DNA of 64,000 bases from Oikopleura dioica. Its lineage: Eukaryota; Animalia; Chordata. Positions 36,904-50,639 of the stretch are shown piece after piece. Position 1 is the stretch's first letter, and every line of letters begins with the position of its first letter. The DNA lies in the NCBI GenBank assembly GCA_907165135.1, contig OU015567.1:4216001-4280000 (forward strand). Reading direction: 5' to 3'. The position numbers and the translations under genes are program-made. The notes under the pieces were generated by a model. That model worked only from the letters and a program-made list of their open reading frames with translations, was not told where the DNA came from and did no database searches.

Positions 36904-38585
36904 ATGCTAGAACCACTGAAAAATATCGTCGACAAAGTTCTCAAATACTCGACTCCTTTTGGGCATGCTTGGAGCGGACTGCTATTCTTTTTTCGATTAT
37001 TGCCGACGCTGACGATTGGGCAAGAGATTTTTGATGATGAGCAGGAGGAATTTGTCTGTACTTCTGGACAGCCTGCTTGTACAGAGCAATGTTACAATGA
37101 GTTTTCTCCTATCAGGTAGAAAGGGCGGAAAGTGCACAGTTTTTTGTTTTGGGTATGAAACAAATTTGGTTGTTAGAGACAGAATTGCAAATTTGTTGAG
37201 CTGAGCAGTCGCTCAGCTCAGTGATTTTCTAATATGATCCGATCTGCTCAGCTCAGCTCAGACGATTATCACTCAGCTCAATAATTTTCGAACATGATCA
37301 CTTCTGCTCAGCTCAGCTCAATGATTTTAACACAGTTTTACAACTAAAAATACAGTAAAAAACAGCTTAGTTCAGCTAACTAAGCTCAGCTCAGCTCTAA
37401 TAAGAGTCTGCTCAGCTCAGCTCAACTACCTACAAAAAAGATCTGCTCAGCTCACCTCAGCTCAATGACCTTTGAAAAAGGGCAGCTCAGCTCAGATCAG
37501 AAAATTTATCACGAAGGTCAGCTCAGCTCAGCTCACCAAAATAGACCAAAATTTGCAACTCTGGTCAGAGATGAATGTCTTATTTTGTTCAATTTAGTCA
37601 CCATCGATTATGGTCCCTTCAAGTGCTCGTCACAATCATTCCAATTCTTCTCTTCTCATTTATCGCCACCCAAGTCCAAGCCAAGCACAAGCTGTACTCT
37701 GCCTACGTGAGCTCGTTCGAAGAAAAACAGAGCAAATCATCGGCAGCGTCCAAATCCGCCTCAATGTTGTCTTCCGATCATGACAGATTTATTTACGCGC
37801 AGGCGAAGAATAAACTTTCCCATTATGAAGTCAAGACGGTAGATCATCATAAAACTTTCTCTCTCTCATTTTTTTTTTGGCTCAGAAGCGAAATCTCGAT
37901 GGCGAAGAAGAAGAAATCATCTGGCACCCGGATGTTAAAAGATCTTACATTCTTATCAGGTACATTTTTCCACGAAAATCCCTCAAATCAGCTTCTAGCT
38001 TGGTAAAAATCTGCATGGAGACTCTTTTTATCTACCAATTGTACTTACTGCAAATGAAACAAACCAAAGCCTCCGGGTTTTTCAATCGAGAAGTTTGGCT
38101 CATCCCAGAAGAGTACAAATGCGATGTCGGGCTTGAAGATCATTTTGCTTGCTCTGCGGTAGGTCTTCATCTTCACCCCTTTTTTCTTTATTTTCTTCCA
38201 GGACACTGATGTTCCCTGCTACGTTTCCCGCGCTTGGGAGAAGCGAATTTTCGTCATTTACTACATTATCGTCTCTATTCTTTCATTCCTCTTCCTTGTC
38301 TTCGACATCGTCTTCGTCATTTACCGAATCGCCGTGACAAGAAGAAGAAAGAAAAATACCAAGCGAACTCTTCTAGTGCCAAATGATACTGATGACCGCG
38401 TTTCTGTATCGTAAGTACAAAAATAAGATGCTCTCAATCCAAATCGTTCTAGATCAAGACGGGCGAGAAGCCAGCCAAATTCAAGAGCTCAGTCTCATCC
38501 GCGGCTCAATAATCTCTCGCGATCTACCGAAGATATTTTGCTCAATCGAAAAGAAACAGAATTTAAGCCTTTTGTTCCCAAATAA
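36904..38585 (+). CDS. Connexin (gap junction protein)
   Basis: YSTPFGHAW, DEQEEFVC...QPACTEQCYNEFSPISHHRLWSLQ, second loop YKC...CSA...CYVSRAWEKRIF; 4 TM segments. Confidence 0.92.
37180..37563. mobile_element. hAT-like MITE filled with (GCTCA)n, in the first connexin intron
   Basis: CAGAATTGCAAATTT...AAATTTGCAACTCTG termini; TSD GTTAGAGA/GTCAGAGA (7 of 8). Confidence 0.85.
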
Positions 38586-38614
38586 ATCAAAGCCAATTTG
38601 TTCAAAAATCTAAT

Positions 38615-39556
38615 TTATTTATTTTTTTCTAGCAACCAGTTCTCGTTTTTATGTTTCCATCTCACATTTCTTCCTCTGAAAACAATCGTTGAATTCGAAA
38701 AATTTCTTTGAAACGAATTACCTATAATTTCAATTCTTCGATATCGCGCACTGTCCTCGTGAATTCTTGATACAGTCGGAGGTCTTCTCATCGTACGAGA
38801 TCGCTTCTCCACACCCTTGAATCGTCGGTAGGTCACTTGCTCCCCTCTTTTTTGCTCCAAAAGATGGCCCTGGATTTTGTCACAAGCCGTTATCGCACAA
38901 ATAAGAATAACCAGCGCAAAAATCGCACCTGTAAATCATTTTGTTTTAAGAAAAACTGACTGTAGTACCTTTCAATCCATTCGCTCGAAGACTGTAGCAA
39001 AAGCTTCCATAATTTTCAATCTCTCTCTTTGCCCAATTTTTCTCGCCACAAATGCACTCGTTTGGGCTCACGCAATAATTTCTCGACGAACTAAAATAGG
39101 AGTTTAAAAGAAAACAGAAGCAAGAGATACTTACTTCGTCGGCCCAGCGCATTCAATCTGGCAAATTGGCTCGGTGCAATCGCCATCGTCTCCGTTTTTC
39201 CATCCAAATTCGCAGCCATATGGACATCTTCCTTCTTCACTGCACGCTTCTCTTGCGCAACGCCCGCTGAAAACAATCGTTGTTGATTTCAAAGTAAATT
39301 TTTTCTTACCAAATATTTTTGCAATTATCCCCATAAAACCCAAACGGGCAATTTTTGAGATTATTTTCTTTTATCTCGATCAAAAATTGAAATCTTAAAA
39401 ATTTTTCCTCAAAATTAAAAAAAAAATTTTTGAATCGATTCCTAGTATGATAATTCGTTGATCTCTCAGACTATGAATCTCTTTTTCAATTTGACCTTCT
39501 CCGCTAAAATCGCATTTTGTGGGAGAAAAAATAAGAATAAAAGAAAGAAGCTTCAT
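38615..39556 (-). CDS. Small type I membrane protein with an EGF-like Cys domain
   Basis: Signal peptide MKLLSFILIFSPTKC; CAREACSEEGRCPYGCEFGW...CTEPICQIEC...YCVSPNECIC; TM GAIFALVILICAITAC. Confidence 0.65.
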
Positions 39557-39677
39557 CCTTGAAAAAAGAGGGTCGAGTCCTTTTTGACTCTCATTCTACT
39601 TCCTGCTCCCGGTAAACAAAAAATAATAAGTTTCATCAAAATAAAGCTTCAACATAGTCTATGTTACATAGAGCGGT

Positions 39678-39775
39678 CTAGCGGCTTTCATAGAAAAAAA
39701 GGCCGCAGCGCGGCTTTGCCAAAATTATCATCAAATCAAATTTGAAGTTCTGACAAAGCCGCGCCGCGGCTTATT
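39678..39775. repeat. Internal fragment of MITE family A
   Basis: GGCCGCAGCGCGGCTTT and AAAGCCGCGCCGCGGCTT palindromes without termini. Confidence 0.6.
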
Positions 39776-40535
39776 TTTCAAATGAGCGAAAATATAAAAA
39801 AAAGTTCTTTCGTAAAGGATATATCAATTTTATGATTACTCATTACCGTGGATAAATATTTGCGCAGTGCGAAATGTGAAATTCCTTTTGTCAAACAAAA
39901 TATGTTTCCCACCTTGTCCAAAGAAAAATAACAGGAGGACTTCGCTTTAGCTAGAAAGTACGAAATTTGTGCAATTTCGTGTCTTAAAAAGTAAAAGAAA
40001 AGTGATAAGCTCGCGCAACAGGAGAGGCGAGACCTAACGGGAACAGAGAAGATCAAAAAAAGTTTTTAAGAGGCAGAAGATAGAAACATGGCTGGACACG
40101 GGTTTTCCATGATTTTCGACGGATAGGAAAAGGATGATAAAATTATGCATCAAAATTTTTGTGAATGATTATTTATTATAAGATAAAAGATTTAAAAAAT
40201 TATCCTATTATGATTATAAAATTATTAAATTATTAAAATAAATTTATAAAATTTAATTAAATAAATAGTTAACACACAAATAAATTATTGAAAAATCAAA
40301 AATATATGATAAGAAACCTGCTTTTATTCAGATTAATTTGTTTAATTTTTCTTTTCTAAAAATCAGTTTGTATGTGGAAACCCTTAATTTTAGAAAGGAA
40401 AAAATGATGAAATTCCGTATCGAAAGATAAGGTAGGCTTTGCTAAATAGAACTTTCTTGACCTACCCCCTTAAACATTTAAATATCCTTCGAAAAGTTGA
40501 GCCTGGAAAGAAAGATCTTTGATCGGAAGAAAAAA

Positions 40536-43500
40536 ATGTGGGCCGTCCTCGTTGCTATCGCAAACTTGCTGTACCTCATCATCAAGGTACCCGTTTCCTT
40601 TTCGACCGCTGGGCGGTCATTTTGACCTTGAATGAATATTGTCACCGTCTTATTATGAATTACTAGCTTCCTCTGGATAATCCGCTGCTGAGCCTTATAC
40701 TCGCGCTGGGATGGTTTCTTTACTTGAAAAGGTAAGACTTTATAGCGACAGATTAGATTTAACGCGATAAGCGACGCTTAAAAACCACTTCCAGTAACCG
40801 CGAATTTGTTCTGTTTCTTCGCGGCCAAAATATAGAAAATGATTTTTTGAATGTCAAATAAAGCACCATAAAACTCAAAAATTATGAGATTGTATGCTTT
40901 TTTTCTTGAGTCAAACAATTGAAGGGAAAATTTTATACCTATTGAATAAGTGTTTTTTAAAAGAATCCATTTAATTGAAGAAAATTCTAATCTTACTCAA
41001 AAATGATTAAGGCATGAGCTTGAAAACAGCGGCCCAATCGTAATTGCAATCCAGCAGCAGTTATCCCAAATCTTTGGAACGAAGATCTCTTCGAAAGAAC
41101 TTCCATGGATCGAGACAACTGTAACTCATCTTATAGGAAAGTAACCATTCGTCAAGCCGCTCTCTTCCTTGATTTCAAAGAGGATTCGTTTGATTTCGAT
41201 TTTCAAATTTGGTTACGCAAAAGACTGGCCAGTACTGCATCCACCAGTTGGATAGCCTGCGTCTCAGATCAGGATTTTTCATCGGCGGATGCGAGGTCAA
41301 TCAGAGCTGGGTAACGGAATGCTCTGCGCAGCGGACAAAATCGCTGATTCTCCGGGGACGGTGAAGGCAACGATTGAGGTGGATATTCGCCACGTGAAAT
41401 TTCATGGAGACTGGCGCGGGTTCGTACGTCTCCAGGCAAATTTTCTGGTTTATCATGGACGAGAAACTGGCATGGATGTTCAGCTGAACAAAATATCAGG
41501 TAGGACAGAAATAAATCTAGCTTCTGATTGATCCTTAGTGAGCTCGAATGTTTCGGAAGATGTTCCAAATATCGATGATGCTGTAGTAGCTGCTCTTTCC
41601 CGTGGATTCCAGATAAACTCGACAGGGTCAAGCTCACGTCAGCTTACTCAGCAGGACAATATGAACACGAGTCAATTATCGCTTGATAAGTCCAACACCT
41701 ACAGCTCTGGATACAGCTCGGCAAGATACTCGCAGAATGAAGTTTCGGGTGTGAATTCAAGAAGGTAATGTAATGTACAGTTAATTATGGAATTTCTGGA
41801 CATTTTTTGTCCCCCATTTTTTCCCGAAAATGTCCAGAAATTTGATACAGAGCCTTGAGAAAAATGTCCCAACAAAATTGCTTATAAATTTTTCGAGAAA
41901 GAAAAATTTACGATTTTTTTCAAATAAATAACTGAAAAACATTAAAAGAAACGCGCTGTAGCCGCCTATCTTATCATATCATAAGAGTTTCGAATAAACA
42001 CAGCTCTTTATAGATGAAATTGGCATCAATAACTCAAGTTTGATCATAAATTAAGATGTGGAAGATATCTGCTGAGAAAAAATGTCCAGAAATTTGATAC
42101 CCCCTCTCTTTGAATTTGTCCCCAGAAAACCCCTTAAAATCCGAAAAATGTCCAGAAATTTGATGTCCAGAAATTCCATAAAAAACTGTAATGATAATTA
42201 TCATTTGTTATTACATTTCACGTAATTTGCCCAACTGCATATATTTATGAATAGTTTAAATCACCGTCTGGTTACTCTTCAATTGCCATATGATATAATT
42301 GTATACTTGTTTATGGTTTTTGCCTTCAATTTTCGTTTCAAGGTTGATTTCCGAAGAAGAATCTGGACGAGAATCAAGAGCAAGCAGATTCAGTGTACGA
42401 GACGACGAGCAAACAAAATCAAACCGTGAGCGAAAAATCTCCAGAGAAAGTCGCCATTCTGTCAAAATTCAAGGTTCGATCCTGCATTCCTTCTCTTTCG
42501 AAAGGTTTTTTAGAGCGAAATGACGCTGCTCTTTCATCACAACCTCCAAAACCCAGTCGTGCTTCGAGAAACTCAACGAATTCCTCGAGAACTCCGAAGA
42601 GCTCAAGGTCGTCGAGGTCGTCGCACGGCGCGTCTAGCAGACGAAAAGCGGTGGAGACTGTGAAGATTTGTCCGGTCAGAATCGAGCTGTATCACGAGGT
42701 CCATTTTTAATTGAATCTTTGCATTAATTTCATTCTAGTGGGACAACATCAAACCCCGTCTGAACGTAACCTACGGCTCGAAAACTGTCGCCTTCGACGG
42801 CATCCAAAGTGAACATGGCGAGTGAGTCTTGTCTCAGAAAACGTCGACTTTCATAAATCATCAACTTTTTCGCGCAGCAATTGCACATCATAATCTTTCA
42901 GCAGCTCCGTTTCCCATTTATTCTTGTTCAGTGAAATCTTCGATTTCGACACTTCGTCGCCTCTCATTGCGGATTTCAAAAATGACGACGTCGTTGATTT
43001 GAGTCTTACTGTAAGAGATCAGGAATGGCCTTGGAAAACTACGGAAGTTTACTCTGAGACATAAGTAAAGGCATGTCAAAGGGAAAATGGCTGTCTATTG
43101 GCAAAGGAACTGTGGACCTAGAAAACGTCCGGGACAACTCAATAACGCTAGAATTGTCGGACCCAGAAGAGACTATTTGTGAGCTGACTTTGAAGGTCAA
43201 ACGATCCAAACCGTAAGAAGTCCAAAAAAGGAAGGATAAAAACCAAGTCTTTCAGAAAGTCGGAAGTAATTTTCGACGACCGGGTCCAATTCAGCCCGTC
43301 CCGCCGGACCGACATTTACCCAGAATCCCAGGCCAACTCGACCATCAGAACTTCCATGGCAATGACAGAATCGAGCATGGACGGCGTCGAAACTGACCAA
43401 AACACGCTAGAAACCTCCCACAACGGTAAGTCGCACTCTTGCCAGGTCGTATTTGTTGACTCCGACCACAAATCAAACTCGTGAAAACAGCTCCAGCTGG

Positions 43501-44136
43501 GCGACGCTAACTCAAAATCACGCAGTAAGGAAAGGGTGTAAATAAACACCACTTTTATATAGAATGGGGACGGGAGAATCAGGTGATGACAGGGGCTTGA
43601 TGGGTGATGAATTCAGTGATCGAAGTTCGTTTTCTCAAATATAAGATCTAACAACCCATTTTCTTTAGATCACGATTCCTGGATCGATCAAAATCTCGTT
43701 GATGAAGTCTGTCGAGTACATAAGCTTCCCTCCGACCGACAAAACGATACTTCAACGCCTATTCCTTCCCCACTCGCCCGAGGCGATGATCTCCGGTCAA
43801 CACTCCCTATCGCCCAAAACTACGGAAGCGACAATCGACCGCGAAAAATGTCCCTCCAGGATGTCCCAAAGCAGCAAAATCCCGTAAGCCGTAGAAAATC
43901 AGATGTAAGAATATTTCCTTCCGAAATTTTCTTCGAAATTAAGTTCAATCAAGAAGTAGTTTTTTAAAATGAATGATTCTAAGCTTGATTTGCTGCAAAT
44001 TCCGACAGAAAATAGCAACAGATTTCCAGCATCTCCGAAAACGGGAAAGTCGGGTTTGAAGAAGTTCTTTGGAAAGTTCAAGAGGTCACGACCTGGCTCT
44101 AGAAATCGCAGTGAAGGTACGATAAGACGAAATTGA
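40536..44136 (+). CDS. N-terminal TM + SMP-like + C2 domain protein with a polybasic C-terminus (C2CD2/TMEM24-like)
   Basis: Hydrophobic N-terminus; LPWIETTVTHLI (SMP-like start); beta-rich VKATIEVDIRHVKF; C2-like WLSIGKGTVDLE; tail KSGLKKFFGKFKRSR. Family call is from motif resemblance only. Confidence 0.5.
41778..42188. mobile_element. Tc1/mariner-type MITE, intronic
   Basis: TA-CAGTTAATTATGGAATTTCTGGACAT...ATGTCCAGAAATTCCATAAAAAACTG-TA; internal AATGTCCAGAAATTTGAT repeats. Confidence 0.88.
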
Positions 44137-44568
44137 TAAGAAAAAATGACCATTTCTGGTTATTTTTGGCCAATTATTGCGCTTAAAGGCCAAAATAATG
44201 TCATTTGACCGATTAAAAACTATTCTAGAGCTATATTTTTGTATTCTAGTGACTACACCGACAATTCCACGAAAATAGAAAAAATGTCTTTGATAATTCT
44301 GTGCCATAATTTATCTACCAAAATTCTGCTGTACAAAGTGCATTTGTAAATGAATCTTGACCAAAATGACCAAATAAAAAGAATACTCCGTCTCAGCGAC
44401 AATTACTCTCGTCGAAAATTTTCTCGAAAAAGATGATCCTCAAGGTGCAACAAACAAGTCAATATTTGCAAAAACAAGCTCTTCAAAAAAGGGCAAGGTC
44501 TTAGCACGGTAAAAATTCCCCACACGCGCCTAGAGAAAAATAACAAATTTGACCTAGTTTTTTGAAAG

Positions 44569-46494
44569 ATGAAAATTGTTTCCGCCATTTTAGCAGCTTT
44601 AGTGAGGGGCGAAGATGAAGAGCTAGACAGAGAGGCGAAACAGTATTATCGAAATCAAGGAAGAGTGAAATTTTCGATCAGCGATCACTTTTATTAGTTT
44701 ATAAATTGATCTCAAATAAGGATACAATTCGTATAATCAGCAATATTACCCGGGAAGAAACATAAATCGACGGCCAATTCAGAATTTCCCTAATTATGGG
44801 TACGTTTCTTAAAATTTTCATTAAATATAAAAACCATCATTTAATGTCTTACTCAATGACATTGAAGGCAGTTCAAATGTTTTGGAAGCTAGATAGTGTT
44901 CATCGGAGAGATAAGAAAATTTTAATATATACAAAAAATTAAAGTAATATCTTTATGGTTTCCTTAAGTTTCTCTAGAAATCAATATCCTTACCAACCCT
45001 ACCCACCGCGCTACAACTCCTACCCTCCATATCCTCGTAATCCGCAGCCACCTCCTTTCGCCAACCCTCATCCCGGATGGCGCCACTACAACAACCGAAA
45101 CAACTTGAACCAAGAAGCATATTCTCATTACGACGATTTTACTGGATATCAAAGTTATCCGTATCATCAGAATGTCGCTCAAAACACAAGGCCAGATTCA
45201 TCAGCAGTTCGACTTGCTAGACCAGGAGAAAATGCTATTCGGGTAAGAAATGATATCCCTTCCTCCCTTATTTCTTTCAGGCGGGGAGAAAAGTAAGACC
45301 TCCAGGAGAGCGAGACGAGCGACTGGTCAACCCAAGGCTTCAATACATCGAAGATCAATATGCTCCACAAGAAGAATATGACGATTCTAGCTACTATGAA
45401 GCCAGCTATGCTTCGTCCTATGAACTTTCAGAAAATGAAATGGAAGGAAGCTCTCAAGAAAAAGAAGATGCCCTCGATGGTAAGTGAATACTTCCCGTCT
45501 TTTTCTCCTTAATTCTTCTAGTTATCCCCCTCGAAGACCTGAAAACCCTCTGCGGTCCAGAAGGATCAGCAACGTCTCATGAAGAATGCCAAGAAAACCG
45601 CCCAGATCATCCAGAAAATCCCGATTTAATAGGCCTCCCAGACTTGATGACAAACGCAAAACGAGTACAAGAAACTCTTCACCTGGACTACGCCGATTTG
45701 AGCAACTTGGCTTGCGCTCTTGAAGAGGGTTGTTTCAGCAAAAGTGCCTATCGAAAGACCCCGAAAATGGCGAGAAAACTGCTCAAGTTCACGCAAATGA
45801 TTTCGAACATCGGCGACGCGGACTTTCTTTCGCCGCATAATTCTAGCGACTGGGAGTATCATACTTGCCACAAGTAAAATTTTTCAGCAATAGGAAGATC
45901 CTAGCGTTTTTTAGGCATTATCACTCGATGAGTACTTTTTCTGAATATTCTTTGCTGACGACAAACATGAAAGATCGAGTGGCGCACAGTCAGAAAGTCA
46001 GTTTTTGTCTGGAAGACTCAGAATGCAAGCCCGGCGTTTCGCAAAAATACCACTGTCTTCAGGTAAATACAGTACCTGGCTTAGATGGACAAAAAAAAGC
46101 TGCGCCCGATGTGGGACTCGAACCCACGACCGTTGGATTAAAAGTCCAACGCTCTACCGACTGAGCTAACCGGGCTCTGCGCCCCGCTCGATATTGTGTC
46201 AATTTGAAAAACAATCAACGATTTTTAGGAGCAAGCGATTAGCCCTGGCTGCTCGGATGTGTACGTTTCTGGTGTGGATTGCCAGTGGATTGATGTTACT
46301 GATGTCCGACCTGGGAGTTATGTACTTGTGATTGAGGTTAATCCGAATCGACTCGTGAAGGAGAGTAACTTTATCAACAATCGGATGGAATGCGACTTAT
46401 TTCTACAGGTAAGGAAGGAGAAAAAAATGCCTTCTTCGATTAAAAATTCTAGAGGAGCAGCGCTAAAGCATCAAACTGCAGAACTCTTACGTGA
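44569..46494 (+). CDS. LOX: Lysyl oxidase family protein (no SRCR; Pro/Tyr-rich propeptide)
   Basis: Cu motif WEYHTCHKHYHSM; QKVSFCLEDS (LTQ Lys); GCSDVY (LTQ Tyr); DCQWIDVTDVRPG; signal peptide MKIVSAILAALVRG. Confidence 0.92.
46091..46098 (-). terminator. Pol III T-run terminator of the tRNA-Lys gene
   Basis: T8 on the minus strand, 4 nt downstream of the tRNA 3' end. Confidence 0.85.
46103..46175 (-). tRNA. tRNA-Lys(UUU)
   Basis: GCCCGGTTAGCTCAGTCGGTAGAGCGTTGGACTTTTAATCCAACGGTCGTGGGTTCGAGTCCCACATCGGGCG; 73 nt, intact stems and A/B boxes. Confidence 0.97.
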
Positions 46495-46564
46495 CTCCAG
46501 AACACAATAATAGCAGAATACTGTAAATAAAATCTTCAGTGTCTTCATTATTGTACCGTTAGTC

Positions 46565-47486
46565 TTAGCCGCTAGAATAATCTGATGCAGAATGAAATCC
46601 GTCCTGGATTCTTACAGAAACTTGCTCAGGGGCGGCCCAAGGACTTGTGTAAGTAGCAGTAAAGTGGTCTACGTAGGTTGATGCGATGTCGTCGAAAGAG
46701 GTCGTTGTTGTCGTCGTGGTTGTTGTCGTCGTGGTTGTTGTGCTGGTAGTTGTCGATGTTGTTGTTGTCGTCGTCTTTGTTTTCATCGTCGTCTTCGTGG
46801 TTGAAGTTCTCATTGTTGTTTTCAAGCTTGAAGCTGAAGGAATCTTCTTCGTTGTGCAGATCGGATACGCAATGTCACACTTTCGGACAAGGTAGAATCT
46901 TCATCGAAAATTTTTATGATAAGACAAATCAAATTGAAAAAAACCTTATATTTTTCCCATCTGGATAGTACAAAACATTCTTCATGTAGCCCGACATCCT
47001 TGATTTGTAAAACAGAGCGTTTGAATACTTGTGAATCCAAGATGGAGGCCGGGGAGTTTGGTCAGTTTTGAGCTTCGGCAAAGTTTTGCATTTTCGCGAG
47101 CCCTTTTTGAATCGCATTTTGAAGAAGCCGACTTGCTCCAAATTCATCCAAATTGGTGAGCGGAAAGAAAGACCGGAGCTTCTGTAGATTTTCTAGGGCA
47201 AACGATGAGTCACTTCGATATTTGAATTCAAACTAACCTGCAGGAGCAAATTTCTCGGTTTTTCAACGGGAAGAAAAACATGTCCTCCTGATCGTTGACA
47301 AAGCTCATCAGCTTCCTCCCTCTTCACTGGAAAATGCGATCCTTTCCACAAGCAATAGCCGCCAATCTCTGTTCCCCAATTCGGGCAGTCCGGGTTCGTC
47401 GAGTCTGGCCGCGGCCTTGGGCCTCTCGAAAAATCATCCGCCGAAGCAAAAATGAAAAGAAATAACAACCTACTGGTTAGTTTCAT
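46565..47486 (-). CDS. Secreted C-type lectin-like protein with a Thr-rich tail
   Basis: Signal peptide; CPNWGTEIGGYCLWK...EEADELCQRSGGHVF; downstream Cys exons; poly-Thr segment. Confidence 0.65.
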
Positions 47487-48399
47487 CTTCTAACTCTCTT
47501 CTGAGAAGAGGCTTCTCTTTGATTTTTATTTGTTAGCACATCAGGTGCGCTAAGCAGGATTCTTCAGAGCAGATAATTGCCAGATGACAATTGAGCTCGT
47601 CATAAAACTTAACCACATGGATTGTTTATGAAGATCTTGAGCGGCAGTTAAACTTCAAAAATATGCTGATAAACGAGAAGGAGAAGATGATCAGTTTATT
47701 CATCAGTTTATAACATGATATGTTTCTTATGAAAAACTTAAATAATGCAGCTAAATCTCTAATTGTCGTTTTTGACAAAGAGAATCGGTCGAAGCCTCGG
47801 TGCAAATTTTTATGTCGCAGTCTACTGTCAAAGAATCGTTGGCTAAAAAAAGGTTGAGAAGAAAAGGTTTAAAAAATCGATGAAAAAATCACCTTCGTCC
47901 GTGAAAAGATGAAAGTCGAATGCTGTTGTTTTGTCGAATTTCGCCTTTTCAAGGGTTTTTTTCGCTTCGAACCACGGAAAAAATCCAATGAAAAAAGCCC
48001 TGTTCCTGTAGAAGTGATGCAGAACCTGGGACCATAGCTCCGTCTTTGATCAAGTTCAAAGTCATGATGCCAGTTCTCAAGTCGCAATCCTCAAGAGCTG
48101 ATTCGTGTTTTTTGATGATTTTTCTTTTTCAAGGATTCATTTTAAATTTGAAGATTGTTCGATTTTTATGATCTTGAAAACACTTGGCAAATTTATAGTC
48201 GCCATAGAAAGTCGGTTCAATTTTGACATTCACTTCTCCTCCAACTCGTTTTTCTGAGTCAACGACCAAGCTAGGAATAATTATTAGACAAGAAAATGAA
48301 AATGAAGATGGGATTTATGCGATGATTTTATTTAATTGCGATCAAATTGCTGCACAATCGCAATAAATCGTATAATTATCTTGGTAATTGTCGCAAGAT

Positions 48400-49900
48400 A
48401 ACATCATTTTATTGACTTGATAGTTCGAAAATTTAATTTCTATTTTATGGTCTTATCTTTCGATAAACAACCGTGTTTTCCCAATTTACCTCGCATTAAA
48501 TGTCGATTTCAATTCAGATGCACTCATCGATTCTTTCAGCATTTATTATCATGTCTTTGTATCTTCAACATGTTACTGTTTTACATCTGTCCATGGGAGC
48601 TTATAATTATGTTACTATCTATTCTTTGAAGATGTCAGACATCTCATGTCTTCATGGTTTGAAGATCAACCTAATAGGGCCTATTATAGGAAAAGAAAAA
48701 GAAGTTCTGTCTGTCTTTTTGAAATGCTTTCCTGTTATATTCATGATGATTCTATTCGGCGCGGTCATATTGAAGTCCAAATCAAATTCACTAAAAGCAG
48801 TTTCATCATGAAGCCGATTCGGGCTTCCCCTACTTTGCCAAGTCGCAGTGAACTTCTTGCTGGTCCATGACCGTCACATCGATTTCTGGACTCCCAATTT
48901 TCATTCGATGATTCAGGTATGAAATCCGGCCAATTTCTTATTAAAGATTCAAGCTGCTTCCTTCTTACAGACATAATCAATCAAAAACTCAGTCAAAAAA
49001 GTCATTTGAACTATAAATTGAACCGGTCCTCCAGACGCAGATGTGGTAACGTTTCCAAAGCACGAGCTGTACTGAAAGCTTTGCCAAAACGTTTGATCTC
49101 TTATGAAGGAATCAAGAGTTTTTCAATCGGAAAAAAGGAGCGCATCAAAGAAAAAAAACCTTTAGATTTCAAAACCTTCACTTATCGCATCAGTTACTTT
49201 GCAGTCATCGTGAACCTTTGATATATTATGTGGAAAAAGAGGGGCAAGAAATAATAGTCATACCGCTGATTCGTCGTATACGCCCGTTGTCAAGTCTACA
49301 GTTCCAAGAAACATCGAAGTAATCGTGCTGTTCATCGCGGCAAAGTCTTCAAAAAGACATGTATCGTTGATTTTCATGTTCACTTTTGCAGTTCTTTCGA
49401 AGACATTTCTACTCTAGGGGTTGAAGTCTTTTAGCAGTGGAGTTAGGTCTTTTGGCCAATCAGAGACCAGTATATGTTGCTTCAACCAATCACAGAAGAG
49501 CAGAATCCTCTATGACCCCCTTATAGGCAATATTCTACCTCCGCGAAAGCGGAACTCTAGAACTTTCCTGTGTCGGTTTGACATTCGATCGTAACCAATT
49601 CGCACAAAGATGATGACGCAGTTGTTACACTGAAACGAATTTGGATAAAATTCTTTGTTTCTCAAAAAAATTTTTTTTTCTTGCTCTTCTTTTTTTCCAA
49701 ATTTGCACTTTTTAATACAAGGTCGATGGTTACCTGAAAACAAGGAGGAGAGCCCTCATTTCCGCCTTTTTTCCTTTCTCTCTGTTTCTTCCTTTACTTC
49801 TGCTATTTTACAACTGAGCAAGCATATTTATGAAGAAACCGCCTTTTCAAAAGATGGAAAATAACGACGCAGAATATAATTATGACATGCATGTCGGGAT
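48400..49900 (-). CDS. Possible multi-exon membrane protein, unidentified
   Basis: Exon-like open stretches with GT/AG borders and a hydrophobic segment (FMMKLLLVNLIWTSI); no family motif recognised. Confidence 0.25.
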
Positions 49901-50639
49901 TACGCGAACACTTATTTCTCCAAGATTTATGTTCATAATTATGAGTGAAGCCTGCTGATGCGATTTCGTCATAAAAACGCTGTAAAAAATCGCCAAGATA
50001 GATGGATAATACTGTAATTGCGCGAGTTATTTCTTGAGAAAGCATTTTAGCAGCTTTGCAAGTATCAATTTGGAATGAAAATCGTTAAATTATCCGGAAA
50101 TGACCTCAACTGAATCGTGAATAGGGCATTTTTATGATAACTTATTCGTGAGAAATGCAAAAAAAAAATAAAATTGAGACCCAATTTCAGCCCTTTTTCA
50201 CTATTATTAACTGAGAGAATTGAACCCGGGCGGAAAAAGATAAAAATTAAAGTTTAAACCTTTCCGGAAAAAATTATAATTTTGAGTGAGCAAGCGTATA
50301 TGATAAAAGAGCGACAACGTGGGAGGAGAAGGGTTAGTTTAGGAATCAGAGAGGGCGGCCCCGAAAATGTCCAAACATTGACAAGTGACTTTAGTAAGCA
50401 GAGCGCGGATGCTCTCCAGATAACAACTTTTTTTTACAATTTTCTGCATCCTCTTTTTCTTTCCAGGATTAGCTCGAGAATATCATTCTTTTCAAGCTTC
50501 TTGCGGAACGTGATTAAAATTGATAAATGAGGCGATTCGTCAAAGTTGGTATTCTAGCGTGTGAAAAATCTGCATGATCAACCATACATGACAAACACAA
50601 AATTTCGCATTTCAATAACCTGACGACCCTTATTTTCAA

